Program-made: the position numbers and the translations under genes
Assembly (NCBI GenBank): GCA_000182565.2
Contig: KQ257474.1
Source of the DNA: Spizellomyces punctatus DAOM BR117
Lineage: Eukaryota
DNA: 64,000 bases
Strand: one strand, 5' to 3'
In this document: one piece after another, positions 45,482 to 60,301 of the stretch
Position numbering within the stretch: position 1 is the first letter of the stretch
Layout of the letters: each line of letters begins with the position of its first letter
The notes under the pieces: generated by a model
Databases searched by the model: none
Seen by the model: the letters and a program-made list of their open reading frames with translations, nothing else
What the model was told of the DNA's origin: nothing

Positions 45482-46497
45482 GCGATGTCAACTTGTGGTA
45501 GAGAAGCGTGATGGAAATGCTCTAGTCAAAAACTGTCAAAAGTCGCTCTTGCGATGGAGGCACGTGTTTTTGGCACGTGAAAAGTTTTCGTGAGTGGCCG
45601 CACTGCCGTTCCCTTCTAATAGCTTATCTAATCATGTCTGTGAGGGATGCACCGCCCGACTGGTCGACCATACCCCATCGTAGCAAATAGATATGCAATG
45701 ATAATGCCGTTCATCGTTATAATTCTATCCGTCATGGCAATTCATCGTCCTTTTGAGTAGTAAATACTCCATCATTTTTGTTATATTTTATATTGATGAT
45801 CATGTTGTAGATATGGAAGATCGGAATGTCTCCCGGCTTTGCCAGTTGGATCTTGAGCATATAAAAGGAATACATGGCACACCCATAGCAGAATGGGTCA
45901 ACGGATACTGGCAGGTTTCGCCATGAACGAGGGATCTACGCTTGTTTATTCGTTGACTCTGCTTTTCTACGGCGGGGTCTTTCTCAGCTGACCACGGCTT
46001 AAATCATGGTTCCACGGAGCCTTGTGATGATGTCATGCTTCCGAAAATACCCGAAGCCTCGCATGACACGTGCCACTGATCATCAAGCGCTTAGTCGGCT
46101 TAGGTCAGGGGGAGGTTTAGCCGGGAGCTCGGCCATTGCCCCATACCGCTCCGTCCTGCCGTGTCCTTCTTCACCTCTCGCCTACCCCCATCGTCGCTCC
46201 CTACGTTCCGCATCTTGCTTTCAGTCTTTCATATCCGTAACGAGTTTGTTGAACTTTACCTTTTGCTGCCCGCGTATTCTGTTCATCTAAAGGTATGTAG
46301 CGCCGACCATGCATGTAGCTTGCAAGCGACGCAGTTGAGTTGGGGCGACTTTATGCTGGCAGACGAACGTCTTGCTGGCTAGAATCGCCTCTGTCGACCC
46401 GGCATTCTCTGTTGCAAATGTGCAAAGAGCTAGAAAGCATCCCCATTTGACGTGATCTCATCTTGTATTTTCCTGTTTGACACGGCACAGAACCTCG

Positions 46498-49400
46498 ATG
46501 CCTCCTTCTACAGAGTCCTTTGTGCTTGGAACAAGAAGGCCGTCTCTCGACGTTCTTGTCCAGTCGTCCGACTATAGTCAATCTATGACAAACATTTTCG
46601 GCGGACCCGGCCTCGAGGCCATTACGCCTGGTCAACCCGGCCCTCTGTTGGTCGCTAATCGTGGCGAGATTTCGATTCGTGTTATTCGTGCCGCACATGA
46701 ACTTGGTCTCAAAGCCATTTCGGTATACTCCCATGAAGATCGCCTGAGCATGCATCGCTACAAGGTAATTGGACCGGATCATCTGACCTTATCATGGAAA
46801 TGATAAACCAACGATGCTTCGACTAGGCTGATGAATCGTACCAAATCGGAGAACCTGGCCAGTACACCCCGGTTGGTGCTTACTTGGCAATGGACGAAAT
46901 TGTCAAAATTGCAAAAGAGAGGCGAGTTATGGTCATTCACCCTGGTAAGGAGTCACGTGTCAAGTCCATGAGTTGGCGACATCTGCCTAAATGTCATATG
47001 GCAGGTTATGGGTTTCTATCTGAGAACGCAGAGTTTGCAGAGAAAGTGGAAAGAGCGGGAATAGCGTTCGTGGGGCCAACACCTGAAGTCATCCAGGCCT
47101 GCGGAGACAAGACAAAGGCACGCGAATTAGGTATACTGTACTCTTTTAACATGATGTTCGCGTCCTGTCAACTTACCGGTTGCATCTCGTGGTAGCCATA
47201 AAGGCTGGTGTACCAGTGGTCCCTGGTTCGGACGGCCCAGTTGAGAATTTGGCACAGGCTGAGGCCTTCATCAAGGAATATGGGTTCCCTGTGATTATCA
47301 AGGCTGCAATGGGTGGCGGTGGGCGAGGCATGCGAGTGGTGCGGGACGCCACCTCTTTTCCCTCGCTCTTTGAACGTGCAAAGTCCGAAGCGCTGGCTGC
47401 GTTCGGAGACGGGACCGTTTTCTTGGAACGGTTCGTAGAAAGACCACGCCACATTGAGGTGCAGCTACTCGCGGACGGACGGGGCAATGTCATCCACTTG
47501 TATGAGAGAGATTGCTCAGTTCAGCGTCGCCATCAGAAAGTTGTGGAAATGGGACCAGCGCTCAACTTACCGGTGAGTGAGCACGTGGGTTAAACTCCAG
47601 AGGGCAACAATGTGTTGACAGATCGCATGTAGGACAAAGTCCGCCAAGCAATCTTGGATGATGCGGTAAAGCTTGCGCATGCGGTAAAGTACCGCAACGC
47701 AGGTACAGCCGAATTTCTTGTGGATAAGGAGAATCGTCATTACTTTATTGGTACGCTGGAGCCATCTCTGGTTGTACTGGTTAGTGAAACTTACCATTTG
47801 CCATTGTAGAGATCAACCCTCGTATTCAGGTGGAGCACACTGTGACGGAAGAGATCACTGGCATTGATCTTGTCGCCGCTCAGATACGAATTGCATTGGG
47901 AGAAAGTCTGGCTGATCTCGGATTGACCCAAGAGTCTATTCAAACCCGAGGATTTGCCATTCAGTGTCGTGTAACCACTGAGGATCCAGCACGTAACTTT
48001 CAACCCGACACAGGGCGAATTGAAGTTTACCGCTCCTCTTCCGGCAACGGTGTACGTTTGGACGGAGGACCAGGGTATTCTGGTGCTGTCATCACCCCAC
48101 ACTACGATTCCTTACTCGTCAAATGTACATGTACCGGACGGGATTTTGATGCCGCGAGAAGGAAGACCTTGCGAGCATTGGTGGAGTTTCGAGTGCGCGG
48201 CCTGAAAACAAACATTCCCTTTTTGATCAATCTTTTGACGCATCATACGTTTGCCACCGGCGGAAGGATCTGGACCACGTTTATCGACGATACTCCAGAA
48301 CTCCTCCAGGGCAGTCTTTCAAAGAATCGTGGCCAAAAACTATTGCGTTATTTGGGAGACCTTGTAGTCAATGGCAGCAGGGTAAAAGGTCAGGTGGGAT
48401 ACCCCAAATTGGAAGCGCCTGTGTCAGTTCCCAGTCTTCCGAATGTTCCTCGCGAGGTTACGGCAAAGCCTTTCGAGAAAGGATGGCGCAACATCCTTCT
48501 CGAGCAGGGTCCAGAGGGCTTCTGTAAAGCCATTCGCGCACATCGAGGAGCTCTGCTGATGGACACAACGTGGCGAGACGCCCACCAGAGTTTGCTAGCG
48601 ACCCGAGTGCGAACAATCGATATGGCACGCATTGCGACGACTACATCACACGCTTTGCAGAATGCATTCGCATTGGAATGCTGGGGGGGTGCAACTTTCG
48701 ATGTTGCAATGCGCTTCCTATGGGAGGACCCGTGGGACCGTTTAATGACACTTCGGTCTCTGGTTCCTAACATCCCTTTCAGCATGCTCCTGCGTGGAGC
48801 CAATGCCGTTGGTTACACGTCGTACCCAGATAATGTGATATACGAATTTTGTAAAAAGGCTCGGGCACATGGCGTTGACATCTTCCGGGTCTTTGATTCG
48901 TTGAATTATGAGGAAAACCTGAAGCTCGGTATCGATGCAGTCGTAAAAGCCGGGGGAGTCGCCGAAGGAGCGATTAGCTACACTGGTGACGTCTCGGATC
49001 CTTCCCGGAAGAAGTATAATTTGGAGTACTACGTCGATTTGACTGACCGCTTGGTCAAGGATGGAATTCACATTTTAGGGATCAAGGACATGGCTGGCCT
49101 ATTGAAGCCACGAGCCGCAAAGCTGCTCATTGGTGCTATTCGTGAACGGCACCCTGATCTGGTTATTCACGTCCACACGCACGACACGGCCGGAACCGGT
49201 GTCGCCTCCATGCTCGCTGCGTTTGAAGCTGGCGCTGATATTGTGGACGTCGCCCTCGACAGTATGTCTGGCCTCACGTCGCAGCCGTCCATGGGCGCCA
49301 TTATCGGGGCTCTGCAAGGCACAGATTTCGACACCGGTATCACCCTTGAGAACGCTCAAGCTCTCAACAGTTATTGGGAGCAAATCCGTCTCCTGTATTC

Positions 49401-50789
49401 CTGCTTTGACCCCGGTCTCAAGAGTGGTGACTCGGGCGTGTATATTCATGAGATGCCTGGCGGGCAATACACCAACTTGCTATTCCAAAGTCAGCAATTG
49501 GGGCTCGGCGAATCTTGGAACGGTGAGTGGCAAGTGATGGTACATTCTGTCTCCGTTATTATTGAGCTCATCATATCGCTGTCCCTGGTCGTGACGATGC
49601 AGAGATCAAGAAGGCGTATGCTGCCGCCAATCGACTGTGCGGCGATATTGTTAAAGTTACTCCATCATCTAAAGTAGTTGGAGATCTTGCCCAGTTCATG
49701 GTACGCAAGGCCACGCTTCAACTCGCAAAGGCTCAGTCATTTTGATGGCTCTCTATCCATATAGGTTTCTCAAAAGCTTACCGAAGTGGATGTCATTGAG
49801 CGAGCAGAGACGCTGTCTTTCCCACAATCCGTTCTGGAGGTAGAATCATTTCTTGGTTTAGCCTTAGAAGTAGGCTAGTTGGCTTGCCGCTCACGTTTAC
49901 TTTGCCCTTGATAGTACTATCAAGGATACTTAGGAATTCCCCCTGGCGGTTTCCCAGAACCTTTGAGAAGTCGTATATTGGAAGCCAAGCGACTTGCAAA
50001 GATTGAAGGTCGACCAGGAGCGACTATGTCCCCCCTCGATTTTGCAGAGTTGAAACGTGACCTTGAAGAACGCTGGGGTGAAGGTGCGGTTAGAGATGAA
50101 GATGTTATCAGCTCTGCGTTGTACCCCAAGGTATAGGATGTCGTGCTCATCTCCTACGGACTGGCAGCTAAAGGCAATATTTGTGTAGGTCTTTGATGAA
50201 TTCCGGACCGTTCGGGACCAATACGGCGATCTTTCCACTCTTCCAACCCAGTTCTTCTTACGGCCATTGAAGGTCGGGGAGGAATTTACTTTCAACATGG
50301 AACAAGGGAAGACTCTGTACATCAAATTGATGGCAATCGGACCGTTAAATGAAGCGACTGGGAAGCGGGACATTTTCTTCTTACTCAATGGTGAAGCACG
50401 TGTGGTAGCTGTGACAGACGATGAAGCACAAGGGAAGAACAATAGTGCTGCCGGTGTGAATGGCAAAGCTATACGCCCCAAAGCGAATCCCAAAGATAAG
50501 GGTGAGATTAGCGCCCCAATGAGTGGAGTTGTGGTAGAGGTACGAGTGAAGACGGGGGCGGAAGTGAAACTAGGTGATCCAGTGGTGGTCATGAGTGCCA
50601 TGAGTAAGTGCAAAAAGCAACGCTCTCCTGATCCAATTTCGTTGTATCTTCTCACCCCCATTTGCCAATGTAACAGAAATGGAAACGGTCGTTACTGCCA
50701 CGCAGGCTGGTGTGGTCACCGAGGTCTTGGTCAACCAGAATGACTCTCTGAATGCGGGTGATCTTGTTGCCAGAATTGAAAAGAAATAA
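46498..50789 (+). CDS. PYC1: Pyruvate carboxylase, multi-exon
   Basis: [53 protein letters not shown], biotin motif AMKM split by an intron. Confidence 0.97.
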
Positions 50790-51610
50790 CATGGTCTATA
50801 GTCTGAAGCAGCTAGGCGACTCTAGTTTAGTATAGATCTTGGGATACTGCCAAGATATCGGACGTTTGCATTTACGGCGTACACTTTCTGTTTAACATTT
50901 TTTTGATCTGATTACAATTTATTCTACCTCCTACCCCGTAAACTCAAGTGTAGCCCTCGTAAACAGTGCGAAGCAACGCAATCACATCCCATGTCTAGAT
51001 GTGGCAGCATCTCTCGTACTGTACTCAGCATCTGGTGTAGTATAGTAGGATCACCTCATGGCGCCTGGAACCTCCTGTATGGCAGTCAAGGCGCGTCTGT
51101 CAAGAGGCAACAGTTGACATCGTACACGTGCTACAGTAGGTTTTCCCGTGATACTTACCCTGTGGCCCTCTGTCGATGGACCGCTGATTTAAGGAACGCA
51201 GACTCCAAATTTAACAGCAACCACAAAATGCGCTGGACTGTATCATCAGGCTCAACCTGTATTAGATCTCCGGCTGACAATACTCCCGTCCCTACAGAGC
51301 TACAAAGCTAAGTACCTACTTCGCTCCCAGTCACATTGTCCCCACTGTTCCATCAATCTACTGATATCTTTCACTATGGATTCCGCTCAGTCAGATTGTC
51401 TGAACGTACTTTTTAAGAATTATTCCGCGTACAATCTGTTCAAATGCCAATCCAACATGGAAGAAGGGGATAGGGGGCAAGCCGGACTATGATGCCCTAT
51501 TTAGTCTTCGGGTATAGCTGATCAGCCGGGTTGTGAATTTGTCTCATGCACTACGTACTCTGTCAGTATCTGCATATCACGGCGTGTCCGTCTTCTCATT
51601 CCAGGAATGA

Positions 51611-52732
51611 TCAAAGTGCCGGATCATATGGTAAATATCCGCGACAATTGGACGATCCACAGAGACATTCTATTCTCCCGTCGTGGGCATTTTCTATCAC
51701 TCCATCGCCGCTCTCTGCCCAATTCAGGGAGGCGGATCCGCCATAATCGAAGGTGAGTTCTTCGCCCGGCTGGATGTCCCGTAATACGAAGAGCGCTGCA
51801 GAAGGTACTATGGAATCTATGCGCGCGATGTGCATGCCTAGATTGGGACTGCAGGAGTGCTGTGAGAAAAGTTACATCAGCAATTAATGGGATATATCGT
51901 AACGCAAGGTAGAGTAGCTCCAGTTTGCGACCAACATACCGATATGAAACGGGCGACGTTACCAAACCTTAACGGATCAATATTTGTGCGATATACTTGC
52001 CCATCTGGCCTTAGTCCTTATACTGAGCAACGTGTCATGATTCTCTTTAGATCTAGTCGGTCTCACCCGTATTCTCGTAGACATAGGATGTAATTTGACG
52101 ATCCAGTCTTCTTCATTTCAATCCACCTTCTCTCTGCCTCTTTCGTTCCTATAACCTCTCCAGCATACTCTGTAACAAATGCTCCAGCTAGTATGACACT
52201 CAACGCACGCACCCCCCATCCCTTATTCGAATCGTGCTTGAAAACACACAATGGTGCTTTTAACCCGTGTTGCACGACCCTGTTGGAACAGGTCCGTGGG
52301 CATGTGCAGTTTGAATTACACTCGTAAATAGGTGGGGTTTCCAGCTTCAGAAAGCCCATCTGCGTGTAGGCGGGCGCGTGAGTGGTTGTGCAGGCGCATG
52401 CACTCGGCATGTCCAGGCAGCTATGCTGGCAAGTGCAGCCATCATAAAACGGCTCAGCTGCTTGTGGTGGAATAAGGTTACGGGTTATGTACTAAAAAGG
52501 GGGTAAGCTAAGCGTCAAAGATGTAGTTGCAGTAAATTGTATACCTGGAAAGCACGGAACGGTGGGGAAGGTGACGCATTTGACTGAATACCATCTGCAT
52601 CGTGCCATTCGGCTCGCACGGGTACATTTTCTTTTCCTGATTGCTCAGGGGGTTTAGCTGTGTAGGGGTAGACCGAACTTTCGACACTCAAGGCATACCC
52701 CCGCTAAGGTCTTGAATCACAACCAACGACAT
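51611..52732 (-). CDS. Pre-SET/SET/post-SET histone lysine methyltransferase (SETMAR/Suv39-like SET, no transposase), multi-exon
   Basis: YECNSNCTC...CSNRVVQ, KGWGVRA, EYAGEVI, GEELTFDY, CLCGSSNCRGYL. Confidence 0.88.
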
Positions 52733-52888
52733 GCCAGTAGAAGCATCCAGTTCAATTTGAGAGTGATCACAACTCTTGGGCATTACGTAATCGAGATCAC
52801 GTATCATTACTCCTGATCGCCACTTGTCAGCGACCACCTCAAATAGGATTGGCATAAATTATACTTCCGATCAGACGAGATTGTCAAC

Positions 52889-54964
52889 ATGTATCCCAAG
52901 CAGATGAGTCTCCACCTTACTGGTGAGTGAACCTGGAAAGATTGCAACCGTCTTACTTGGGTGACTTGGAATGACAGCTCATCGTCCTGACCGATCTGTA
53001 CCATACTGTCACCAGGGAGAAAGTACTACGAAGTTCTCAGCCGAGAACTCGAGGTCCCTCTTGACAGCAGCGAATTTGCGGCTATTATGGATGGTCGGGA
53101 CCCTTTGAAACATTTTAGGGCAAAGTTTGCGATTCCCAAGCAAAAAGACGTCCTGGGACATGAAGGTCTGGTCATGTCGCAACCATGTTGAGCAAGGCCC
53201 TGCACTTATCACAGTTCGTTTTACTAAGTGTAGTTAACACTACGGATTGTGAGGAAAGCGCCATTTACTTTTGTGGAAACTCCTTGGGTCTGCAGCCCCT
53301 CGGTACACGCAAGCTGGTCGAAGAAGAACTGGACGTTTGGGCGCGATCGTAAGTCATGAAACGAATTCATCAGCACTTCAACATCTTTGAGAGCACAAGT
53401 TAAATGGGCTTGTGCCATTGGTCTGCTTTCTTCAAGGGGTGTAGTTGGTCACTTTAAACACTCGCACGATCGGCCATGGGTGTCCATTGACGATCATGTG
53501 ATTGAAGAAACTGGACGCATCGTCGGTATGTGTTCTTGCGTCCTCTTACTGTCGCCGTGTCTTCCACCTAAGCCGTACCATAGGAGCTAAAAAGGAAGAA
53601 GTCGCAATCATGAACAGTCTTACAGTCAATCTTCATTTTTTAATGATGTCATTCTACCGACCGACGAATGATCGCTATAAGATCCTTATTGAAGAACACG
53701 CCTTTCCATCAGACTATGTAAGTTATCTCTTAGTGAGCTCCCATCGTTGCAAATCTCTGCGTGCAGTACACTTATCAGTTTGCGGAACCGTGGCATGTGT
53801 AGTACGCGGTCGAGTCGCAAGTGCGTTTCCACGGTTATGACCCAGCGGATGCCATCATTCAACTTGGTCCAAGGACTGGTGAACATACGATACAAACGGA
53901 GGATATTTTGGAGTGTATTGCGCGCAATGGCGATCAGATTGCTCTCGTTCTATTTAGTGGTGTACAGTACTACACAGGACAGTTCTTTGAATTGGAGAAA
54001 ATAGCAGTGGCTGCAAGAGAAAAGGTGGGTAGCAACACCTTAACTTGAATCTCCTCCTGAACCGAATGAGCTAATGAAAATCAGGGGTGTGTGGTTGGTT
54101 ATGATTTGGCCCATGCTGTTGGCAACGTCCCTTTGAGATTACACGACTGGGGCGTGGATTTTGCTTGCTGGGTTCGTAGCCATAGCATTCCGTTTCGTTG
54201 CATTTATATTTTGATTGCATTATCCCTCACCAGCAATGTTTTTCCAGTGCACTTACAAATATCTGAATGCTGGACCTGGTGGAATAGGTGCGAGATTACG
54301 TCGCATTGGGCCAACGTCTGCTGACACTGACCACTCGGCGATTTAAGGGGGTGCTTTCGTACATGAAAAGCACGCAGTATCAGATCTTCCGCGGTACGAT
54401 AGCAAAATTGGGCGTTCACCCTGTGCTGCGCATTACTGAATTCAGAGTCTCCCACATAGATTGACAGGTTGGTGGGGTACTGACCCCACAAAAAAGTTCC
54501 TAATGGACAATGTCTTTCGACCCATTCAAGGCGCAAACGTGTACCGTGTATCTAATCCGAATGTCCTCGCGACTGTCAGCCTCCTTGGTTCCTTAGAAGT
54601 ATTTTCACGGACATCGATGGAAGACCTTCGAGCCAAATCCGTTCTGTTAACTGGATATCTTGAAGCGCTGCTAGAAGGCATTCCCGGGTTCACGATTCTC
54701 ACGCCAGGCGATCCTGCACAACGAGGGTGCCAATTGAGTCTATTGTTCCGCCCAGGCCTGATGCTAAAAGTCTTGGAGGAACTAGAGAACAAGGGAGTGG
54801 TGGTAGACGAACGCAAACCTGATGTTATCCGGGTTGCACCGACCCCGCTGTACAATACTTTCACGGAAGTGCATCGATTTGTCGAGATACTGCGGATAGC
54901 ACTAGAAAAATGCCAAGAAACAACCGCAGGCTGTGTAGAAACTTCCAGCTCATCGACATCATAG
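52889..54964 (+). CDS. BNA5: Kynureninase, multi-exon
   Basis: [56 protein letters not shown]. Confidence 0.95.
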
Positions 54965-55073
54965 CATTTGCAGAGAAATAAACACGTTTATTCTCTAATG
55001 CTGCCCTCCTTCCTCGTCGAGTGTAGATCAGTAGACAACCTTTGGCTACCTTGAGAGGTTCGCAAAGCCTGAT

Positions 55074-55989
55074 CTATTCTACTGCTGATCCCTTCGCTAG
55101 CTGCGATTCGTTTATAAAGTTGATGACGATGTCAAAAAATGCCTTCTCTCTAAGCATTTCAAAATGCTTTCCTCTAACTTCCGTATTCAAGAGTACCCTT
55201 GCACCCATAGTTTCTAAATGCTTGAAATATCTCTCTGAATGTGCGACTTCAATCAGCTCATCCTCGGGGCTATGTACTACCAGATAAGGCGGTAATTTCC
55301 TGTCCTCCAGAGCATAGTACTGAGGAGATGCTCGTCTCCATGTATCTGTATCCTCGGCGAAAGCCATCTGAATGAAATCCACATATGTCGGCCACACTTC
55401 CACGAGTTTTGGGATATCATATATTCCTTCGACACCAACTACGCCTTTGACAGCCTCCCACAAGCTGATACCACCCAAATTTTCCAACCAGGACGGATCC
55501 AGGGTCAGCAGCCCGGTGATTTGACCACCTGCTGAGTGACCGATCAGATATATGGATGACGGTCGATAGCCAAGGTAAGCAGCGCTCTGGGTATATAACC
55601 AGTGTATCGCATCTGCGCAATCCTGTACATGTGTTGGATGCCGTACGGAAGTGGGCGTTTTTGTTGAAAGACGATACGACAAGACCGCCGTAGGGAAATC
55701 GCGGGAAGCAAAATATTCTCCGAGAAACTCGTACTCAGACTAGGGAGAGAAGGTGGTATGAGCAACGAGGAGCACAGCTTTGCGTTACCAACGACAATCG
55801 TCTGTCGGGTTCCCTGACCTTGTCTCCGGTGCGCCATGCGCCTCCGTGAATGTAGACGATGATAGGCGATTCTTCCTGACATGGCTCTTCTCTCACTGGC
55901 ACAAATAGGTCTAGTTTCTGCTTCGGGTCATCGCTGTCAGTGTACGGAAGGTTTCTAAAGGACTTGACAGTCGTATGCATGTCAGGCAT
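55074..55989 (-). CDS. BNA7: Alpha/beta hydrolase, kynurenine formamidase-like (one intron)
   Basis: YIHGGAW, GHSAG, GIYD, VHSPEDEL, C-terminal GKH. Confidence 0.7.
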
Positions 55990-56178
55990 TGGCGGCGATC
56001 AGAATGGGCTTGGGGAAGCGCGGTTTCTCCATGATCGACTTGAACCCTGCACACGCTTGACTGTCACACTTGTTACGTCATCCACCTCCCACAGCAGATC
56101 TGAGCATTTGACCCCCCACACTTATGCCAAAGCGTTTTTGTATCAACAGACTGCCGACAATATCGACAAACAAAAGCT

Positions 56179-57690
56179 ATGCCAGTTGAACTTGATCCCA
56201 ACGCCATCTTCGTGCACCGCCTTCATTTGGAACCGACCACGAAGGATTCTTCCCCTCGTCTTTCTCGTTCAGAAGACGCGGAAAAGTTTGTCAGCGGGTC
56301 AATCTTTTTCGTTGGAACAGCGACATGCATTATAAAGTGGGCAGGTCTGACCTTGATGACGGATCCCAACTTTTTGCACCAAGGTGGTCGAGATCATTGC
56401 AGCAAATTCATACGAATCAGCTGTCTTACGTGATATATCCAGGTGATCATGTGCATCTTGGGCCGGGGATTACAGCTCAGGTATGCGCCGCAGTACAATG
56501 AATGAGCTTGGTGGCCAGTAATATATGTATGTCTGCAGCGGGTTACGAACCCGGCAATCAATTTAGAAGACATTCCTCCCATTGACGCAATAGGTACGCT
56601 GCCCGCTACATCTGCCGTACACAGGTATCTACACTAACTACAAATAACACGGAGTTTTCAGTATTGTCCCATTTTCATGAGGGTACATTAACTTCAGTCG
56701 TGAAGCCCTCCATATTCATATTGCAGTTAAATATCATCTCTTTTATCTCTTAGATCACTTTGATAAACTCGTCCAAAAGGATCTGGAAAAGTCGATTCCC
56801 ATCATTACCACGTCTGAAGCTGCAAAGGAACTGGCTAAAATAGGATTCATGTCCGTGTTTCCCTTGGAGAGGTGGGAGAGCGCTTTGGTGGCCAAGGGCG
56901 ACGCAAAGATTGTTGTCACAGCCATGCCGGCCAAGGTAGGTTCGCGCACAAAGATACATTTAATAAGTAATATTTGTGACATGCTCTACGCTTCTAGCAT
57001 GCGCCAACGGGCCTTGGATTTGCACTCCCTGACACTATGGGTACCGTGCTTACCTTTGTGGCAAGCCACGAAGAACATGAGGCAGAGTTAGATTTGGAGA
57101 AAATTGGCGAATTGGTCGACAAAGGAGTCTTCAAAATGTACATATCTGGTGATACTCTCATGCATGATGATCTCAAGGTTGTGTCAAATTTTTGGGAATT
57201 GCGGTGAGAGACCGGAATATTAATATGGAAAGTGGCTCCCAGGACATCCCCAAACGCTATCCAAAAATTGATCTGGGACTCTTTCATCTTGGCGGAACGA
57301 CGATTTTGGGTACCTTTATCGTGACCATGGATGCCAAGCAGGTGAGTCGAGGGACGGCAGTCTATTCTTCGCTCGGAAGTAGCGCTTAACGTTGTTTTGA
57401 TAACTTGAGGGTGTGGAATGCATCCGGCTTATTCGTCCCAAGACAGCTATTCCCATTCATTACAATGATTACGGTAAAATCATTTTAGTTATCACACCTT
57501 TTGCAAGTGTAGCCGCGTTCATTGGAGTTTCTTTACAGATGTCTTCAAATCCGACTTGGAAGATTTTAAAAGGGCGGCCCTGGACAGCGGACTAGCTACA
57601 GACCCTGAGACCCAAATTGTATATCTTGCTCACGGTGATACCTATGACTTTGTCATCGACAAGAAGCGCTTTGGGGGAAATTTGGCGTAA
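56179..57690 (+). CDS. Metallo-beta-lactamase-fold Zn hydrolase, multi-exon
   Basis: FVGTAT, TDPNFLH, SHFHE/DHFD, YISGDT, HLGGT, IPIHYNDY. Confidence 0.85.
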
Positions 57691-58034
57691 ATCCGCAATA
57701 CGGCCACTTAATGTTCATGATTAGCCTGTCTGGCGTGGACCCGTCTTATAGCAACTCGGCGGATGCATCTTGCATCCGTATTATTGCGGATATGTTTGTT
57801 AACAATGAATTATATCGATTCAAACGAAGTATTTGTGTAACCCAAATTGCATAATTGCACGTAATCGATTACCAGGATCCGTAAAACTAAGTTATTACAT
57901 GTACCAGTCCTGCAAATCCATGGTATTAAGATGACTAATCAATTAATTAATTATTGCTAAAGCGCGCGACTAAGCCTCCTCCATTAAAAACAAAAATCAA
58001 TAATACAAATAGTCACAGTTCAATCAGTAGAATT

Positions 58035-59267
58035 TCAGGCTGTTAACCCCAACCGAACATCGCGTACTTTCTTCTGCGTCTTTACTGCGTCTGCAGGGTG
58101 ATAGCCGGAAGGATTGGTTTGGACCCATCTCCATGCGTCTTGGCACATGTGTTTCAGCGATTTTCTTGCAGACCAGTTTAAAATCTGCTGGGCACTTGTT
58201 GGGTCCGCTACAACTCGGGCGACGTCTCCTGGCCTCCGCTGAGACGCCTTCCATGGTATGGACCGTCCAGTCACCCTTTCCATTTCATGGATCATGTCCA
58301 GAACCGATGTACCTTTTCCCGTTCCCATATTGAATATATCGCAACTGCCCTCACATCGAGCTATCTTGTCTGCGTGCTCAAGCGCCGCTATGTGACCATC
58401 CGCAAGATCTACAACATGAATAAAGTCACGGACTCCGGAGCCATCGTGGGTTGGCCAATCGGTACCCGTCACGTCCAAATGACCGCGCGTGGCAGCAGCC
58501 ACTTGTAACACGAACGGCATAAGATTTCCAGGTTTTCCCTTGGGATCTTCACCGATAATGCCACTCTCGTGAGCGCCAACCGGATTAAAGTATCGCAGCA
58601 GAACGGCTCCAAAGTTTGGGTAGGCTTCCACAACATCACGAATCATGTACTCTGTCGCAAGCTTTGTGCGGCCGTATGGGTTTGCAGGATGAGTTTCGTG
58701 TGTCTCCGGTATAACGTCAATCCCCGAGCGGGGGGTGCCATAAACGGCAGCGGTGGAAGAGAACACGAGTCGACTAACACCATGCTTTACCATTGCCTGC
58801 AGCAGTGACAAGGTACCACCGACATTCACATCGTAATAGTCAAGCGGCTTTGCTACTGATTCTGGCGCGGATTTTAGTGCGGCAAAATGGATGACGCCCC
58901 AAAAGCTCTGCGAGCTAAACACACGATCGAGAAAAGCAAAGTCACGGAGATCGCCATGATAAAAGTAGACAGTGGAAGAAGCGACGGCAGCGACTCGCCG
59001 AAGTGACTCTTGAGAGGAATTGGTTAGATTGTCTATAACTGAGACTTTGTAGCCTTGCTGTAAACGTCGTCAATTCCATAAGTGTCCAGGGAGATCGATA
59101 ATGACATATGAACGCCAATAGAGTACCTGCAGCAGTCGAAGGACCGTGTGAGAGCCAATGTATCCGGCTCCGCCTGTCACCAGGACGTGTTCATTTCTCA
59201 GTTCTAGCGATGAATCCGAGTCGTCATCGACAAGAATTTCTTCCGACTGCGAGCGAATCCGGCTCAT
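58035..59267 (-). CDS. galE: UDP-glucose 4-epimerase (epimerase domain only; one intron)
   Basis: VTGGAGYIGSHT, HFAALK, SSTAAVYG, YGRTK, RYFNP, RDFIHV. Confidence 0.93.
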
Positions 59268-60301
59268 TCTGAGTATCCAGCGACTATCAAAGTGATGAGG
59301 CGCGGCATCATACACTTATAAAAGAAACTCTTGATCTTTTCCGTCTACCGATCGTTGTTCAGCTCCGCGGTCGTCTCTTGGCTGCGAAAGAACTAGTCGG
59401 CAAATCACGCAAACTGCGCAAAATGGGGAAATTGAGTGCTTCAGCTTCGCAACGGAAGCGTTTTCAATCATTGTGCTGCCATCGATTTCCAACTGGCCTT
59501 CGGCCCATATTTTTCGAAACTTTTTAGTTTGAACACCTTCCTTCTGTGAACAATATGATTGGGCCATCTGGTTTCTTTTCATCAAAGTGTAGGTGTGCAG
59601 AATGTGTTTTGATCGTGGGTTGAAATCGGAATCGGAAAGTACCGCCGGACGCCTCTTTGCCGCGGAAGCGTTTTGCGGAAATTACATATTTTCTTTGGGC
59701 GGTAAAGAGAACGCGCCGAGTCTCTTGAAATCCCGCCATCATCCACTGGGAGAAACACGTTTTCGTTTTGGGGGTGTCGCTGGGAGATGACGCCCAAATG
59801 GAAACGGCCGCAAAACACGCTATTGCAAAGCTCATCGGCATGATGCGGAGCTCATGCCAGCTTGTGACAAAGCACGCGCTCTGGGCTCAGCAAGCTTGTG
59901 AAGGGATTTCATTTCCCATAAACTGGGAATTCCCTCCGGATGCCACAAATAAGGGTATGTATCCGGTTCCAATGTCAATCCAGACAAAGCATATAATGTT
60001 CTCGATGAAATGGCTGTGGATTGATGTAAAACCCAAATGCATTCGCTCCAAATAATTCAGCACCTGAAAGGGATAAAAACGTGAAATGAAGCCACATTTT
60101 CGGTTACCGCGGACCCTTTTCCTGGAAAAGCCCTTCTTGACCCGAGGAGGTGGCTGGCTGAGGCTTCGTGCTTCCAATTTCCACGTGAAGCCAAAGTGTT
60201 CAAAGACCCGTGGGAGGAGGAATGGACAAGATATTAAAGCTCCTCAAGGACTTGGTTTTCGCTTCACGTCCATTACAGTTTCAGACAAGCGTTGAAAGAA
60301 G

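Noticed and set aside
51611-52732. SETMAR-type SET-transposase fusion or functional link to the TE cluster
   Set aside because: Stop follows the post-SET domain, no transposase; proximity (12 kb) alone is not evidence
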